Shown: positions 61,310 through 64,000 of the stretch, piece by piece | How positions within the stretch are numbered: the stretch's first letter is position 1 | Layout of the letters: the number at the start of each line of letters is the position of its first letter | Source: Phormidesmis sp. | GTDB lineage: Bacteria > Cyanobacteriota > Cyanobacteriia > Leptolyngbyales > Leptolyngbyaceae | DNA: 64,000 nt | NCBI GenBank assembly: GCA_965248535.1 | Contig: CBDFJR010000005.1 | Coordinates: forward strand, 1,600,001-1,664,000 | Direction: 5' to 3' | Made by a program: the position numbers and the translations under genes | Notes under the pieces: generated by a model | What the model was told of the DNA's origin: nothing | Databases searched by the model: none | The model's input: the letters and a program-made list of their open reading frames with translations, nothing else

Positions 61310-61884
61310 CAGGAACCACCTCCGAGTAGGGCAATGCTGCGATCAACTAATCTCTGCTGCAAGTCATCGTTGAGACGACCCGGAAGTTCCCCTTCTGCAC
61401 GCTGCATGGCCATGAGGGCAATGCGCTGACGTAGCTCATTGATCACCCGCTCCTGCTCAGAGCCGAGTTCTTGAGCCGCCGTCTCCCGCATTCGAGCCAC
61501 ATCTTGGTCAGCTTTGACCAAGATGGCTTCTCTCGCTAACTTGGCACCTTCTTCAGCCGAGGCTCGAATCTTAGCGGCTTCAGCCTGAGCTTGCGCTAAT
61601 TTCTGCTGCTGAGAAGCGAGAGCAGAGGCAGCACTTTGTTTGCGTTGCTCGACTTCCTTGATTTGAGCTTCGATCGCGGCCGTGCGATCGCCCAAAATCT
61701 TGCCTAAGAACTTGCGGCCAAAATAGACGACTACGGCAATCACGATCGAGAGGTTGATCAGGTTGGTTTCTAGGATGTCAAAATTGATACCAAAACCACC
61801 TTCCCCCACTGCTTCTGCTGCTTCAGAGCCGAGTAAAGTGGCTCCGGCAGCGAGTCGCAAAAAAATTTCCATGACACTATCCAC
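61309..61884 (-). CDS. atpF: ATP synthase subunit b
   Basis: [18 protein letters not shown] and coiled coil. Start is 61884 (GTG) or 61872 (ATG). Confidence 0.95.
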   Translation of the reverse strand: MDSVMEIFLRLAAGATLLGSEAAEAVGEGGFGINFDILETNLINLSIVIAVVVYFGRKFLGKILGDRTAAIEAQIKEVEQRKQSAASALASQQQKLAQAQAEAAKIRASAEEGAKLAREAILVKADQDVARMRETAAQELGSEQERVINELRQRIALMAMQRAEGELPGRLNDDLQQRLVDRSIALLGGGS

Positions 61885-61937
61885 AACTGCGCGGTTGACA
61901 ATCCTAAAGGGGTTAACGATCGCTCGTCAACCACCTA

Positions 61938-62360
61938 TCAAACTCCAGCTAAAAGCTTATCTAGAATCTCACGACTCAGCGACTCAACCTGCTGCTCTAG
62001 CGTTTGCATGGCAGCCTGTTTTTGCTGGTCTAGCTCTTTTTGAGTAGCTTCTCGTTGAGATTGAGCCTCTTGTTGAGCCTCAGCAGTTTTTTGAGCAGCG
62101 ATCGTTTGGGCCTCAGTTTGAGCCGCCACGATCGTCGCCTGATATTGTCTGCGAGTCTCGGCTAACTCAGACTCATATTGTTTTGCCAAATTTTCGGCTT
62201 TCGCGAGACGCTCTCGCGCATCTGCCTCATTGCTGCGGATGTAGTCACTGCGATCTTCAATCACTTTCGTCAGTGGCTTATAAAAAACCACATTCAAAAC
62301 CGCAGCTAAAAGAAGAAACTGCACTGCCATCAAGGGCAAAGTTGCATCAAAATCAAACAT
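61938..62360 (-). CDS. atpF2: ATP synthase subunit b' (cyanobacterial atpG)
   Basis: [18 protein letters not shown]...FYKPL. Confidence 0.95.
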   Translation of the reverse strand: MFDFDATLPLMAVQFLLLAAVLNVVFYKPLTKVIEDRSDYIRSNEADARERLAKAENLAKQYESELAETRRQYQATIVAAQTEAQTIAAQKTAEAQQEAQSQREATQKELDQQKQAAMQTLEQQVESLSREILDKLLAGV

Positions 62361-62404
62361 TATCTTGAGTGAGGGTGAGAAAAGGGCAAGACAATCTTAG
62401 AAAT

Positions 62405-62459
62405 CTTGAGCTTTGAGTTTTGAATTCTGTAACCCAGAACTCAAAACTCAAAATTCTTG
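62405..62459. repeat. STRR-type heptamer (TTTTGAG)n hairpin
   Basis: TTTGAGTTTTGAATTCTG...CAGAACTCAAAACTCAAAA. Confidence 0.75.
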
Positions 62460-62463
62460 ACCC

Positions 62464-63526
<1,063 letters not shown>

Positions 63527-63581
63527 TTCAGTTCAGGCGGCTTTCCCCAGAATTCTAAGGAGTGAAAATTCTCTAACAAAC

Positions 63582-63983
63582 TCAATCGCTAGAATTGAGC
63601 AAGGTTCGCAAGGTGTAAACGATCAGCGTTGCTTTGTAGGTCAGAAAGCCTAAAAAAATAGGTAAGACGTGTAGTCCATTCCATTGGGTTCCGACTATGA
63701 TCAGCCCAATAAAAATGGCGATGTGCGACTTGCCTAGTTTGTCTTTCTGGCTACCCAGTTGCTCAACATTTCTTGCTAACAACTTCAAGTAAACCACACC
63801 TGTGCACGCTCCAAGTAAATAATTCAGAGCGATGTTAAGGGAGTAGAAATACCAAACCGGGAAAAAGATTAGCCCCGTCAAGATCAGGGTGATCACTAGC
63901 AACTCTTGTTGAAGTTGATAGAAATCTTGCATTGATGCGCTGGGTTCTGATGACTCAGAAACAGGCGTTGAGATTTCCTCCAT
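63582..63983 (-). CDS. atpI: ATP synthase protein I (Atp1); may extend beyond the window
   Basis: [24 protein letters not shown] and FLGFLTYKA. First gene of the atp operon. Confidence 0.9.
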   Translation of the reverse strand: MEEISTPVSESSEPSASMQDFYQLQQELLVITLILTGLIFFPVWYFYSLNIALNYLLGACTGVVYLKLLARNVEQLGSQKDKLGKSHIAIFIGLIIVGTQWNGLHVLPIFLGFLTYKATLIVYTLRTLLNSSD

Positions 63984-64000
63984 TGCAGGTGCGATCCATG

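Overview
64 kb of a cyanobacterial chromosome, with very dense HIP1 GCGATCGC/CGATCG sites and a gene content resembling a filamentous Leptolyngbya/Phormidesmis-type strain (inferred). Most of it is housekeeping: ndhF1-ndhD1, devH, argS, dnaK3-dnaJ, a TetR-controlled HlyD/ABC/TolC exporter, mnmG, pyrH-frr, pyrE, ispH, hisZ, chlM, nagA, three ferredoxins and the large atp operon. It also carries tRNA-Ile2(CAU) and tRNA-Ser(GGA). Elements the ORF track misses: a Yfr2-type sRNA; a yybP-ykoY Mn2+ riboswitch ahead of a TMEM165/Mnx gene; a 59-aa ribbon-helix-helix gene facing a hairpin-led truncated gene, bracketed by HIP1 sites; a ~190-bp MITE inserted into the shared CTAG stop codons of two convergent genes; a candidate sRNA between chlM and nagA; a repeat cluster at 54.2-54.5 kb; and gene debris behind tRNA-Ser. 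Two PIN toxin-antitoxin modules and Uma2 genes or remnants are present. Local clusters of frameshifts (11.8, 14.4-16.0, 42.2-42.7, 57.3 kb) look like read or assembly indel errors. I found no CRISPR array, rRNA, full transposase or prophage, and no large novel multi-gene system that I can support. The best leads are small.
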